From: Myxococcota bacterium
GTDB lineage: Bacteria; Myxococcota_A; UBA796; SXON01
NCBI GenBank assembly: GCA_040386535.1
Contig: JAZKFH010000018.1
Location: 32,001-96,000, forward strand
Direction: 5' to 3'
Length of the DNA: 64,000 bases
How positions within the stretch are numbered: the stretch's first letter is position 1; each line of letters begins with the position of its first letter. A model generated the notes under the pieces. That model ran no database searches. It saw only the letters and a list, made by a program, of their open reading frames with translations, and had not been told where the DNA came from. Below are positions 1 to 9,026 of this stretch, piece after piece. The position numbers and the translations under genes are program-made.

Positions 1-145
1 TGCGGGTCATCGAGGCTCCGGATGGGGGGCGCGGGAGAGGCGCACATGGCACGATAGACGATCAACATTCGGTTGTCATCCGATCGTCAAGACAGCCTCA
101 ACTTTCGTCGCGCGAGCGTCGCGCAGATTTCCCGCCCGCGGTCCC

Positions 146-173
146 TTGACGCGATCTCGGGTCCGGTTAATAG
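146..173 (+). promoter_or_regulatory. Putative sigma70-type promoter for tRNA-Gly
   Basis: TTGACG-N16-TAATAG, 13 nt upstream of the tRNA. Confidence 0.55.
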
Positions 174-186
174 GGGGTCACCCAGC

Positions 187-262
187 GCGGGAGTAACTCA
201 GTTGGTAGAGTGCAACGTTGCCAACGTTGTTGTCGCCGGTTCAAGTCCGGTCTCCCGCTCCA
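187..262 (+). tRNA. tRNA-Gly (GCC)
   Basis: Cloverleaf GCGGGAG...CTCCCGCTCCA; anticodon arm CAACG-TTGCCAA-CGTTG; T-loop GTTCAAG; encoded CCA. Confidence 0.97.
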
Positions 263-266
263 CCTA

Positions 267-311
267 AAGAACGCCGGTCTCCTTCACGGGAGGCCGGCGT
301 TCTTCGTTTTT
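267..311 (+). terminator. Intrinsic terminator after tRNA-Gly
   Basis: AAGAACGCCGGTCTCC-ttcacg-GGAGGCCGGCGTTCTT followed by CGTTTTT. Confidence 0.8.
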
Positions 312-336
312 GCTCCGGTGTCGTCGCCGCATCGCG

Positions 337-368
337 CCGACCGACCGACCGACCGACCGACCCACCGA
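337..368. repeat. (CCGA)6 tetranucleotide microsatellite plus degenerate units
   Basis: CCGA x6 at 337-360, then CCCA CCGA. Confidence 0.9.
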
Positions 369-391
369 GCACTGCGCCCGCGGCCGCCCCG

Positions 392-1588
392 CTACGACGG
401 GCCCGCGGCCTTTCCGTCGTGAAACCGCCGTCCCTTCCAGGTCGTCTCGACGGCGAACACGGCGCGCAGGAGCACGGCGCCGAGGACGAGGTTGCCCAGC
501 GGGTGCGACCACGCGTACCACCCGCCGCGGCCGTCCACCCGCTCGACGCGCCAGCGGAACAGCACGGGGAGCGCGCAGACCAGCGCGATCCACGCCACCC
601 AGAAGCCCACCGGGTCGAGCCCCGTGAGGAGCGCGGCGGGCCGGGCGATCACGATGGCGAGGAAGACCCACGGCGCCACGGAGCCGATGAAGAGGAACAG
701 GAGCGCGCCCAGCGCCAGCAGCGGGCGCCGGTCCATCCCCTCGTAGAGGTTCTTTCCGTAGCCGCGCAGGATCTCGCCGAGCGAGCGGTACAGCCGAACC
801 CGGAACAGCTCGGGCGCGGCGTACAGCCCGAGCGCGTGGCCCCGCTGCTTGGCGGCCCGGGCGATGCGGACGTCCTCGAGCACCTCGCCCCGCACGGCCC
901 CGTGCCCGCCGATGGCGTCGTAGGTGGCACGGTCGAAGAGCAGGAACTGCCCGTTCGCGAACGCCTCGGGGCGTCCGGGGGTGTTGACCGCGCTCACGTC
1001 GGTCGCGCCCCGGATGAACCAGCCGATGACGGGAATGGCGACACGCTCCCAGAACGACTCGAGGCGCCACGTGCCGAAGAGGCTCAACATGCCGAGGCGC
1101 CGCTCCGTCAGCACGTTCGCGGCGTGGCGGGCGGCCGCGGGGGCGAGCTCCACGTCGGCGTCGAGGAAGAGCAGATGCGTTCCAGCGGCCTCGGCGGCGG
1201 CGCGCTGGCAGGCCCACGGTTTGCCCGCCCAACCGGGGGGCGGCGGCGTGTTGCGCACCACGCGCAGCCGCGGATCGTCGGGGGCCACGGCCCGGGCGAC
1301 ATCGCCGGTGCCGTCGGTCGAGCCGTCGTCCACCACGATGACCTCGACGTCCGCGTGATCCTGGGCGAGCGCGGCGCGCACGCACGCAGCGATCTGGTGC
1401 GCCTCGTCGCGCGCCGGCACGCAGATCGACAGGCGCGGGAGGGGCGCCCCGCCCCCGTTCAGGGCGGGCAGGGCGTTCTTGCGGTGCCACAGGCCGACGC
1501 CCGCGATCATCGCGCCCCACAACAACGTGAGCATCCCGAGGTAGCCCCCGAGCAACACCGCCGAGAACCCGGCGTCTCCCCAGCGCAT
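392..1588 (-). CDS. Membrane-bound GT2 family glycosyltransferase (CrtQ/CruC/HpnB-like)
   Basis: SICVPARDE, VIVVDDGSTD, GWAGKPWAC, LLFLDADV, ANGQFLL and LEDV motifs; N- and C-terminal TM helices; ATG overlaps the upstream stop. Confidence 0.88.
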   Translation of the reverse strand: MRWGDAGFSAVLLGGYLGMLTLLWGAMIAGVGLWHRKNALPALNGGGAPLPRLSICVPARDEAHQIAACVRAALAQDHADVEVIVVDDGSTDGTGDVARAVAPDDPRLRVVRNTPPPPGWAGKPWACQRAAAEAAGTHLLFLDADVELAPAAARHAANVLTERRLGMLSLFGTWRLESFWERVAIPVIGWFIRGATDVSAVNTPGRPEAFANGQFLLFDRATYDAIGGHGAVRGEVLEDVRIARAAKQRGHALGLYAAPELFRVRLYRSLGEILRGYGKNLYEGMDRRPLLALGALLFLFIGSVAPWVFLAIVIARPAALLTGLDPVGFWVAWIALVCALPVLFRWRVERVDGRGGWYAWSHPLGNLVLGAVLLRAVFAVETTWKGRRFHDGKAAGPS

Positions 1589-2682
1589 CAAATCGGCTCC
1601 AGGCGGCCACCGCGGGCCTCCGCACGTCCACACCCCGGCGGCAGATCCAGCCGCGTCAGCACCTGCGCGGGGTCGCCGAGGACCTCGAGCCCCGCGGGGA
1701 TCACGCGGCCGGGGGCCACGCGGATGCCGCTCGCGAGCACGGCGCCATCGCCCACGCACACGCCGCAGAGCCCATGGGGCGCGGGCCGCAGCTCGCTCCC
1801 GACACGCACGCGGACGGCCTGCCCGAAGGCCATGTCCATCAGGATCGCGCCGTGTTTGACGGTGGCGCCCCGGCCCACGACCCCGAGCTGCATGATCCCC
1901 GCGAAGGCGGCGCCCGCCTCGATCACCGAGAACTTCGCCATCGCGAGGCGCTGCACGCGCGCGCCCGCGCCGAGCACGGAGCCCTCGACGAGCGCGAGCT
2001 CCTCGACGACGGCGTCGTCCCCGAGCACCGCCCCGCGCACGACCGCGCCGGCGCCCACCCGCGCCCGCGCGCCGAGGATGCACCCCTCTACGGTCGCGGT
2101 GCGGTGCACGCGCGCGCCGGGTCCGAGGCGGTTCAGGCGCGCGGCCACGTCCTCGGGGGCGATCGATCCCGCGCGCAGGGCCGCCCAGCCGAGCCGGAAC
2201 GGCGCCACCGCGGCGCCCCCGACGAGGCGCCCCCACAGAAAGGGGCCGAGCGTGAGCAGGTTGGCCCAGAGCAGCTGGGTCCAGTGTCCGACCGGGAACA
2301 CCCAGTCGTCCGCCACCCGGACGGGGCCGGAGGGGAGCGTCACGCCGGGGAGCACGCGTTCGTGCGCGTCGAAGCGCCGCTCCGGCGCCGCGAGCGCACG
2401 CGCCATCCGCTCTTCGGGGGTGCCGCCGGCGTCCGCGAGCCGCGCCAGCCACACGGGCGCGTCGGTGAGCGCGGCGATCGGTCCGAGCAGCGCCATCTCC
2501 GGCACGCCCCGCACCTCGCCGCCCAGCGCCGCGACCGCGGCCGCGGCCGAGGCCGACCACACGAGCCCCGGCGGCACGACGAGCCCCGGTGCCGCCGTCG
2601 CGGCACGCCACTCCGCGATCGTGCCCGTGAGGAAGGTGCGCTCCCCCAACGGCCCCGCGAGGCCCTCGCAGGTCTCGGTCAC
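1588..2682 (-). CDS. Left-handed beta-helix (hexapeptide repeat) protein, acyltransferase/sugar-nucleotidyltransferase C-terminal-like
   Basis: Hexapeptide repeats (LGPGARVHRTATVEGCILGARARVGAGAVVRGAVLGDDAVV...); GTG start inferred from overlap with the upstream TGA. Confidence 0.7.
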   Translation of the reverse strand: MTETCEGLAGPLGERTFLTGTIAEWRAATAAPGLVVPPGLVWSASAAAAVAALGGEVRGVPEMALLGPIAALTDAPVWLARLADAGGTPEERMARALAAPERRFDAHERVLPGVTLPSGPVRVADDWVFPVGHWTQLLWANLLTLGPFLWGRLVGGAAVAPFRLGWAALRAGSIAPEDVAARLNRLGPGARVHRTATVEGCILGARARVGAGAVVRGAVLGDDAVVEELALVEGSVLGAGARVQRLAMAKFSVIEAGAAFAGIMQLGVVGRGATVKHGAILMDMAFGQAVRVRVGSELRPAPHGLCGVCVGDGAVLASGIRVAPGRVIPAGLEVLGDPAQVLTRLDLPPGCGRAEARGGRLEPI

Positions 2683-4307
2683 CACAGCTTGTAGACGCGC
2701 ACGCCGTCTCCCTCCGCGATCGGGCTGAACGCCTGCTTGAGCGCGCGCACGGCCGTGTCGTGCATGTCGGGGCGCGCCATCGCGTCGATGTGCACGACGA
2801 GGTAGCGCACGCCCTGCTGGCGGGCCTTGGCGCTCACGGCGCCGGCGAGCACCTCGGGCGCGGCGTCGACGTTGTTCAACGCCTCCTTCCACACCTTCCG
2901 CGACGCGTTGTTGTTGGGGAAGTTGAGCCCGCCGGTGAGCGGCTTCCGGTGCACGGTCTGCTCGTACAGATAGGCGCGGCCGCCCGCGACCGGGAAGTTC
3001 ATCAACGCGCCCTCCGGCTCGCTCGCGAGGGCCACGATCGCCGCGGGCACGGTGGCATCGGTGGTCTCCCGCTGCCCGGCCATCGGCGAGACCCAAACCG
3101 TCTCCGCGATCGCGGCGATGCCGACCAGCGCCGCGATCCCGGCGCGCCCGCCGGCGGCCCGGCCCGCGAGGACCGCCACGGCGAGCACCGTGAGCTGGGC
3201 GAGGCGCCAGAGCAACGACAACGACGAGAAGCCCGGGAGCTGCTCGACGAGGAAGTACGGGAGCGGCACGGCGAGGTTGCCGGAGAAGATCACGGGCGCG
3301 CCCTTCTGCGCGAGGACCGGGCCGCAGGCGAGCGCGGCGGCGACGAGCGCGCCGGCCCACCACACCCCGGTGCCGCGGCGCGACCGGAGGGCCGCCAGCA
3401 TCGCGAGGATGCCGACCCAGCCGAGGTAGTGGCAGTGGATGTACTGCTCCCCGTAGCGGGACAGCTCCCGGAAATCGGGCGAGCGGTAGTCCCCCGGGAG
3501 CACGAACCCCATCGGATCGGCGGGCCCGATGGTGCGCCGCACGGTCGCGATCTCGCGGTCCGTCTTGATCCCGACGACATTGTCCTCGGTCGTGGCAGCG
3601 CTCCGGGCGAGCCAGGCCACCGGGAGCACCAGGACACACGCGAGCCCCACCGCCGCCACGAGCGTCCCGACACGCGGCCGGGTCCGCGCCCGCAGGAGCA
3701 TGAGGCCGGCCAGCAGGAAGATGCCGACGCCCGCGTACCAGTGCGCCACGGTGGTGAGCGCCACGGCGAGGCTCGCCAGGCCCACGTTCCGGGCGGTCGG
3801 CGCTTGCTCGAGGCGCACCAGCCGAAGCGCCGCCCAGGCCATCCACCCGGTCCCCACGGCCTCGCTCGCGCCGTTGTGGACATGCGCCATCAGCATCGGC
3901 GCGCTCGCATAGAGCGTGCCCGCGACCCAGCCGGCCCAGGGGCGATCGGGCGAGACGGCCTCACCCAGCCGGTGCGCGGCGACCCCGGCGAACGTGAGGT
4001 GGCCGAGGACCAGGACGGTCCAGGTGGCGGCCACGCCGAGCAGGGGAAGCAGCGGGAGGGCGAGCAGCGCGTTCACCGGATCCGCCACCCAGAGCACGCC
4101 GCCGGTCGGGTGATCGAGCAGGCCGTCCACCCGGTACGGGAGCTGGCCGCCGCTCACCCGCACCCAGACGTACCAGAGGGACCACAGGGTGTCCCAGAGG
4201 TCCGTACGGTCCGCCCCGGGGAGATGCCGCACCGGATGGAGGGCCGCGGGCCACGTGAGCACGACCGCGAGGGCCATGTAGACGGGGACGGGGAGGAGGC
4301 GGCGCAT
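2679..4307 (-). CDS. Polytopic membrane protein, probable GT-C fold glycosyltransferase (YfhO/PMT-like)
   Basis: About 12 hydrophobic helices; first loop TDLWD, LLDHPTG; soluble C-terminal domain with YLYEQTVHRKPL and GVRYLVVH. Confidence 0.65.
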   Translation of the reverse strand: MRRLLPVPVYMALAVVLTWPAALHPVRHLPGADRTDLWDTLWSLWYVWVRVSGGQLPYRVDGLLDHPTGGVLWVADPVNALLALPLLPLLGVAATWTVLVLGHLTFAGVAAHRLGEAVSPDRPWAGWVAGTLYASAPMLMAHVHNGASEAVGTGWMAWAALRLVRLEQAPTARNVGLASLAVALTTVAHWYAGVGIFLLAGLMLLRARTRPRVGTLVAAVGLACVLVLPVAWLARSAATTEDNVVGIKTDREIATVRRTIGPADPMGFVLPGDYRSPDFRELSRYGEQYIHCHYLGWVGILAMLAALRSRRGTGVWWAGALVAAALACGPVLAQKGAPVIFSGNLAVPLPYFLVEQLPGFSSLSLLWRLAQLTVLAVAVLAGRAAGGRAGIAALVGIAAIAETVWVSPMAGQRETTDATVPAAIVALASEPEGALMNFPVAGGRAYLYEQTVHRKPLTGGLNFPNNNASRKVWKEALNNVDAAPEVLAGAVSAKARQQGVRYLVVHIDAMARPDMHDTAVRALKQAFSPIAEGDGVRVYKLW

Positions 4308-4416
4308 GCGCAGGTCGTATTGGGTGTGAGCGTTGTCCGCCGCGACGCGGCGGCCGTCAAGCCCGAGGCCCGCTGGGCGCTGAGCGCGAGGCCCCGAGGG
4401 ACTTCTCCCCCGTCGT

Positions 4417-4590
4417 TATGGACAACCAGTGCCGACCCGGTGCCGGACACGTAGAGAACAGAGCAAAGCAGCCACCTGCAGACGGTATGCTCAGTTTTTG
4501 AGCACAACCTTAGTGTTGTGATATCAGATCATTACGACAGATTCAACCAGTTACGCACCCCCGCACCGACTTATCCATAGCTGTGGACAA
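4417..4590. promoter_or_regulatory. AT-rich block with DnaA-box-like 9-mers and IHF-like sites
   Basis: TTATCCATA 4571-4579; rc TTGTCCACA 4582-4590; rc TTGTCCATA 4417-4425; IHF consensus WATCARNNNNTTR at 4522-4534. Confidence 0.55.
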
Positions 4591-4656
4591 ATCGCGGGCC
4601 GTGCCGCCGGTAGACCATCAGATTACGGGGCCGTCCGCTTCCCCCCGAGGTCCCTC

Positions 4657-5118
4657 ATGTTCCGCACCGTTCTCCTCGTCACGACGCTCCTCCTCGCCGC
4701 TTGCGGCGCCAAGAAGTCCGAGCCCGCCAAGGCCGGCGCCGACGCTCCCGCGCAGGAGTCGATCGAGGGCGCCAAGTTCCCGGACGACGCCACGAGCAAG
4801 TCGTTCGCCGAGAAGCTCATCAAGTTCGAGGCCAAGGACTTCAAGCCGACCGACGCCACCGGGCCGAAGTTCGTCTACAAGACGGTCGACTTCAAGGCCG
4901 ACAACACCTGGTGGGCCATGGCCGAGATGTCCGCCGACGGTGAGGTCATCGAGTGCAAGGAGCAGGGCACCTGGGAGATGGATGCCGCGGCCGACGAGCA
5001 CACCGCCCCCATGACGTTGAAGCTCAACCGGACCACCTGCGCCGGCCGCCCCGAGGACAGCGTCCTCCGCCTCAAGGTGAACATCGACAAGGGCGAGTAC
5101 CGGATCGTGTTCCGCTAG
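4657..5118 (+). CDS. Hypothetical lipoprotein
   Basis: Signal peptide II lipobox LLLAAC; GAGG RBS; strong GC3 codon bias. Confidence 0.8.
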   Translation: MFRTVLLVTTLLLAACGAKKSEPAKAGADAPAQESIEGAKFPDDATSKSFAEKLIKFEAKDFKPTDATGPKFVYKTVDFKADNTWWAMAEMSADGEVIECKEQGTWEMDAAADEHTAPMTLKLNRTTCAGRPEDSVLRLKVNIDKGEYRIVFR

Positions 5119-5157
5119 TCGACACAGGGCGCCTCTTGCGGGGCGCCCGCGTCCTGC

Positions 5158-6741
5158 TCACGCGCGCTGCGCCGCCGCGATGATCGCCTCGGCGGCCCGG
5201 AAGCCGTCGAGCGCGGCCGAGACGATGCCGCCGGCGTAGCCCGCGCCTTCTCCCACGGGCAGCAGCCCCGGGAGGGACGGGCTCTCCAGGTTCTCCCCGC
5301 GGAGGAACCGGAGCGGCGCGGTCGTGCGTGTCTCCGGGGCGATGAGCACGCCCTCGGGGCCCGCGTAGCCGGGGATGTCCTTCTCGAAGTGGCGCAGCGC
5401 CCGCCGCATCCCCTCCACCACCGGCGCGGGCAGGACCGCCGCGAGGTCTGTCGGGACGACGCCCAGCGGGTAGCTCGTGCGCGGGAGCTCGGTCGACGCG
5501 CGGCCGGCGAGGAAATCGACCACCCGTTGCGCGGGGGCCTGGCGCCCGTCGGTCGCCGCGGCGGCGCGGCGCTCGATCTCGTCCTGGTAGCGCACGCCCG
5601 CGAGCGGGTCGGTGGCGCCGTAGTCGGCGGTGCCCACCTGCACGATGAGCGCCGCGTTGGCCCACATCGCGCGGCGCGCGGCGAAGGACATGCCGTTGAC
5701 CACGACCGTCCCGTCCGCGTTTCCCGCCGGGACGACCATGCCGCCCGGGCACATGCAGAAGGTGTAGGCGGACCGCGCGCCGGGCAGGTTGTCGGTGAGC
5801 CGGTAGGAGGCAGGGGGCAGCTCGCCGCGCCCGCTCGGGTAGCGGGCGGCGTCGACGAGGGCCTGGGGGTGCTCGATGCGCGCCCCGATGGCGATGGGGC
5901 GCAGGTCGGCGACCGCGCCGGCGTCGAGCAGCGCACGCATGGTGTCCCGCGCGGAGTGGCCGGCCGCCACGATCACGGGGCCACCGTGGATCTCCTCGCC
6001 GCTCGCGAGCCGCACGCCCACGCAGCGCCCGTCCTTCACGAGGAAGGTGGTGACGGTGGCGCCGAAGCGCACCTCGACCCCGCTGTCCAACATGCGCTGG
6101 CGGAGCGCCGGCAGGATGGCCCGCACCTTGTCGGTGCCGAGGTGCGCCCACGCCTCCTGGAGGATGGCCGGATCGGCGCCCGCCTCGACCAGCTTCTTGA
6201 AGACGTAGCCGAGCTCGCCGTCGCGACGGCGCGTGTAGATCTTCCCGTCGGAGAAGGTGCCCGCTCCGCCCTCGCCGAAGAGGATGTTGTTCTCGGGATC
6301 GAGCGGCTTGCCGCGCCAGTAGCCATTCACCGCGGACACCCGCGCGTCGACCGCGCCGCCCCGCTCGAGCAGGATCGCGGGCGCGCCGGCCTCGCCGAGG
6401 CGGAGCGCGGCGAACAGGCCCGCGGGGCCGGCCCCGACGATGATGGGGCGCGAACGCCACCCGATCCCCGTGGGGATCGGCACGTCCCCCGTGCGCTTGA
6501 GCTCATCCCGCGCGGTGAAGGCGCGGACGCCGGGCAGCCCCCGCGCGAGGATCTGGGCCTCGCCGGACGCGAGGTCGACCTTGAAGGTGCCACGCCAGGC
6601 CGGCGGGCGGGCGCGGGCGTCGAGCGAGCGGCGCAACAGCTCGATGCTCGTGATGCGCTCGGTGGGGACCCCGAGGAGCGCGGCCACGGCGGGGGTTGCG
6701 TCTCCCTCCGGGAGGGCGAGATTGGATACGAAGATGGCCAT
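5158..6741 (-). CDS. FAD-dependent oxidoreductase (uncharacterised COG2509-type)
   Basis: IIVGAGPAGLFAA Rossmann motif, FGEGGAGTFSDGK, FCMCPGG, GEGAGYAGGIVSAALDG. Confidence 0.9.
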   Translation of the reverse strand: MAIFVSNLALPEGDATPAVAALLGVPTERITSIELLRRSLDARARPPAWRGTFKVDLASGEAQILARGLPGVRAFTARDELKRTGDVPIPTGIGWRSRPIIVGAGPAGLFAALRLGEAGAPAILLERGGAVDARVSAVNGYWRGKPLDPENNILFGEGGAGTFSDGKIYTRRRDGELGYVFKKLVEAGADPAILQEAWAHLGTDKVRAILPALRQRMLDSGVEVRFGATVTTFLVKDGRCVGVRLASGEEIHGGPVIVAAGHSARDTMRALLDAGAVADLRPIAIGARIEHPQALVDAARYPSGRGELPPASYRLTDNLPGARSAYTFCMCPGGMVVPAGNADGTVVVNGMSFAARRAMWANAALIVQVGTADYGATDPLAGVRYQDEIERRAAAATDGRQAPAQRVVDFLAGRASTELPRTSYPLGVVPTDLAAVLPAPVVEGMRRALRHFEKDIPGYAGPEGVLIAPETRTTAPLRFLRGENLESPSLPGLLPVGEGAGYAGGIVSAALDGFRAAEAIIAAAQRA

Positions 6742-6825
6742 CGACGCGCTCCCTACGCCGCGATTCCCCCCCGCGCCAGCGGCCCGGCGGGGTTAAGCCC
6801 CTGCCCCTTACCCCCGGTGTGTTCC

Positions 6826-7842
6826 ATGGCTCTCCGCGTCGCCATCAATGGCTTTGGTCGAATCGGTCGTTGCGTCCTCCGCTCGGCCCACAACATGCCG
6901 GACATCGAGATCGTCCACATCAACGATCTCACCAGCCCCGAGCAGCTGGCGCACCTCCTCACGCACGACAGCGTCCACGGCCCCTGGAACGTGCCGGTCG
7001 TGGTGGTCGAGGGCGGGTTCACCATCGGCGGCAAGTTCGTCGCGGTGACCGCCGAGAAGGACCCGGCGAAGCTCCCCTGGCGCGACGCGAAGATCGACAC
7101 CGTCCTCGAGTGCACGGGGCTCTTCACCAAGCGCGAGAAGGCGGCGCTGCACCTCGACGCCGGCGCCAAGCGCGTGATCATCTCGGCCCCGGGCGAGGGC
7201 GAGGACATCACGGTGTGCCTCGGCGTGAACGACGACAAGCTCGACCTGTCGAAACACTTCGTCATCTCGAACGCCTCGTGCACGACCAACTGCCTCGCGC
7301 CGGTCGCGAAGGTGCTCGACCAGCACTTCGGCATCGTGCAGGGCCTCATGACCACCGTGCACTCCTACACGATGGACCAGAACCTCCTCGACGCCCCCCA
7401 CAAGAAGGACCTGCGCCGCGCCCGCGCCGCGGCCCTCAACATGGTGCCGACCAGCACCGGCGCCGCCAAGGCCGTCGGGCTCGTGCTGCCCCAGCTCAAG
7501 GGCAAGCTCAACGGCCTCGCCATCCGGGTGCCGACGCCGAACGTCTCCCTGGTCGACCTGGTCATCAACACCAGCAAGCCCGTCACGAAGGAGTCGGTCA
7601 ACAACGCCCTGATCGAGGCCGCGAACGGCCCCCTCAAGGGCATCCTCCTCGCGGTGAACGCGCCGCTCGTCAGCAGTGACCTCAACGGCAACCCCGCCTC
7701 GTCCATCGTCGACCTCGAGCTCACCGCCGTCATGGGTGACAACATGGTCAAGGTCCTGGCCTGGTACGACAACGAGTGGGGCTTCTCCAACCGCATGGTC
7801 GATCTCTGCCGCAAGATCGCCGCCGTCGAAGGTGCCGCGTGA
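6826..7842 (+). CDS. gap: Glyceraldehyde-3-phosphate dehydrogenase, type I
   Basis: VAINGFGRIGR, SNASCTTNCLAP, WYDNEWGF. Confidence 0.98.
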   Translation: MALRVAINGFGRIGRCVLRSAHNMPDIEIVHINDLTSPEQLAHLLTHDSVHGPWNVPVVVVEGGFTIGGKFVAVTAEKDPAKLPWRDAKIDTVLECTGLFTKREKAALHLDAGAKRVIISAPGEGEDITVCLGVNDDKLDLSKHFVISNASCTTNCLAPVAKVLDQHFGIVQGLMTTVHSYTMDQNLLDAPHKKDLRRARAAALNMVPTSTGAAKAVGLVLPQLKGKLNGLAIRVPTPNVSLVDLVINTSKPVTKESVNNALIEAANGPLKGILLAVNAPLVSSDLNGNPASSIVDLELTAVMGDNMVKVLAWYDNEWGFSNRMVDLCRKIAAVEGAA

Positions 7843-9026
7843 AGCTCCCCACCCTCGACACGCTCGATCTGGACAACCGCCGCGTCTTCCTGCGGGTCGA
7901 CTTCAACGTCCCGCTCGAGAACGGCCACATCAGCGACGACACGCGCATCCGCGCCGCGCTCCCCACGATCCAGGCGCTCCGGGCGAAGGGCTGCAAGCTC
8001 GTCATCGCGTCGCACCTCGGCCGCCCGAAGGGCGTCGTCGTCCCCGAGCTCTCCCTCGAGCCGACCGCGGCGCGCCTCGCCGAGCTGCTCAACGGCGAGG
8101 TCATCTTCGCCCACGACATCGTGGGTGAGGACGTCGAGCTCCTCTCGAAGGAGCTCACGCCGGGCGGCGTGATGATGCTGGAGAACCTCCGCTTCCACCC
8201 CGGTGAGAAGGGTGGGGACGAGGCGTTCGCCACCCAGCTCGCGCGCCTCGGCGAGGTCTACATCAACGACGCGTTCGGCGCGATGCACCGCGCGGAGACC
8301 TCCATCGCCGCGGTGGTGGCCCACTTCGAGATCGTCGGCATCGGTCTGCTCGTGCAGAAGGAGATCGAGGCGCTGACCCGGTGCCTCTCCGGCGCGGCGA
8401 AGCCCTACGTCGCGATCCTCGGCGGCGCGAAGGTGTCCGACAAGATCGGCGTCATCGAGTCGCTGGCGAACCGCGTCGATCACCTGCTGATCGGCGGGGC
8501 GATGGCCTACACCTTCATCAAGGCGCAGGGCTTCTCGGTCGGCGCGTCGCGGGTGGAAGCCGACAAGCTGCTCCTCGCGCAGCGGATGCTCGAGCGCTGC
8601 GCGGAGAAGGGCGTGCAGGTGCACCTGCCCGTCGATCACGTCGTGAACACGTCGTTCGAGAGCGAGGCCCCGGCCCGCACGGTCGACGTGATCGGCGAGA
8701 ACGACATGGGGCTCGACATCGGGCCCGCCACCGTCCTTCGCTACGCGGAGATCATCGCCCAGGCGAAGACCGTGTTCTGGAACGGCCCGATGGGCGTGTT
8801 CGAGCGCGAGGCCTACGCGGCCGGCACCAAGGGCGTGGCCGAGGCCTGCGCGGCGTCCTCCGGCTATACCGTGGTCGGTGGCGGAGACTCGGCGGCGGCG
8901 GCGGAGAAGTTCGGCCTCGCCGACAAGTTCAGCCACGTGTCCACCGGCGGCGGCGCCTCGCTCGAGTTCCTCGAAGGCAAGGACCTCCCCGGCATCAAGG
9001 CGATCCGGGCGCGGAGCCGGGCGTGA
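7839..9026 (+). CDS. pgk: Phosphoglycerate kinase
   Basis: RVDFNVP, SHLGRP, GGAKVSDK, STGGGASLE; GTGA overlap with gap. Confidence 0.97.
   Translation: MKLPTLDTLDLDNRRVFLRVDFNVPLENGHISDDTRIRAALPTIQALRAKGCKLVIASHLGRPKGVVVPELSLEPTAARLAELLNGEVIFAHDIVGEDVELLSKELTPGGVMMLENLRFHPGEKGGDEAFATQLARLGEVYINDAFGAMHRAETSIAAVVAHFEIVGIGLLVQKEIEALTRCLSGAAKPYVAILGGAKVSDKIGVIESLANRVDHLLIGGAMAYTFIKAQGFSVGASRVEADKLLLAQRMLERCAEKGVQVHLPVDHVVNTSFESEAPARTVDVIGENDMGLDIGPATVLRYAEIIAQAKTVFWNGPMGVFEREAYAAGTKGVAEACAASSGYTVVGGGDSAAAAEKFGLADKFSHVSTGGGASLEFLEGKDLPGIKAIRARSRA

Noticed and set aside
1..47. Possible 5' end of a minus-strand gene leaving the window
   Set aside because: Only ~15 codons are visible, with no motif or clear RBS, so it cannot be supported.
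392..2611. 739-aa extended version of the GT2 ORF (and long upstream extensions of gap, adk, rplD, tuf, nusG and the OTC-like gene)
   Set aside because: The extensions overlap other genes and are Arg/Ala/Pro-rich frame noise; starts were reset to RBS-supported or coupled codons.
4530..4560. dif (XerCD) site: rc GGTGCGTAACT...
   Set aside because: Only the first 6 nt match the XerC arm, the XerD arm TTATGTTAAAT is absent, and a terminus next to the ribosomal superoperon is unlikely.
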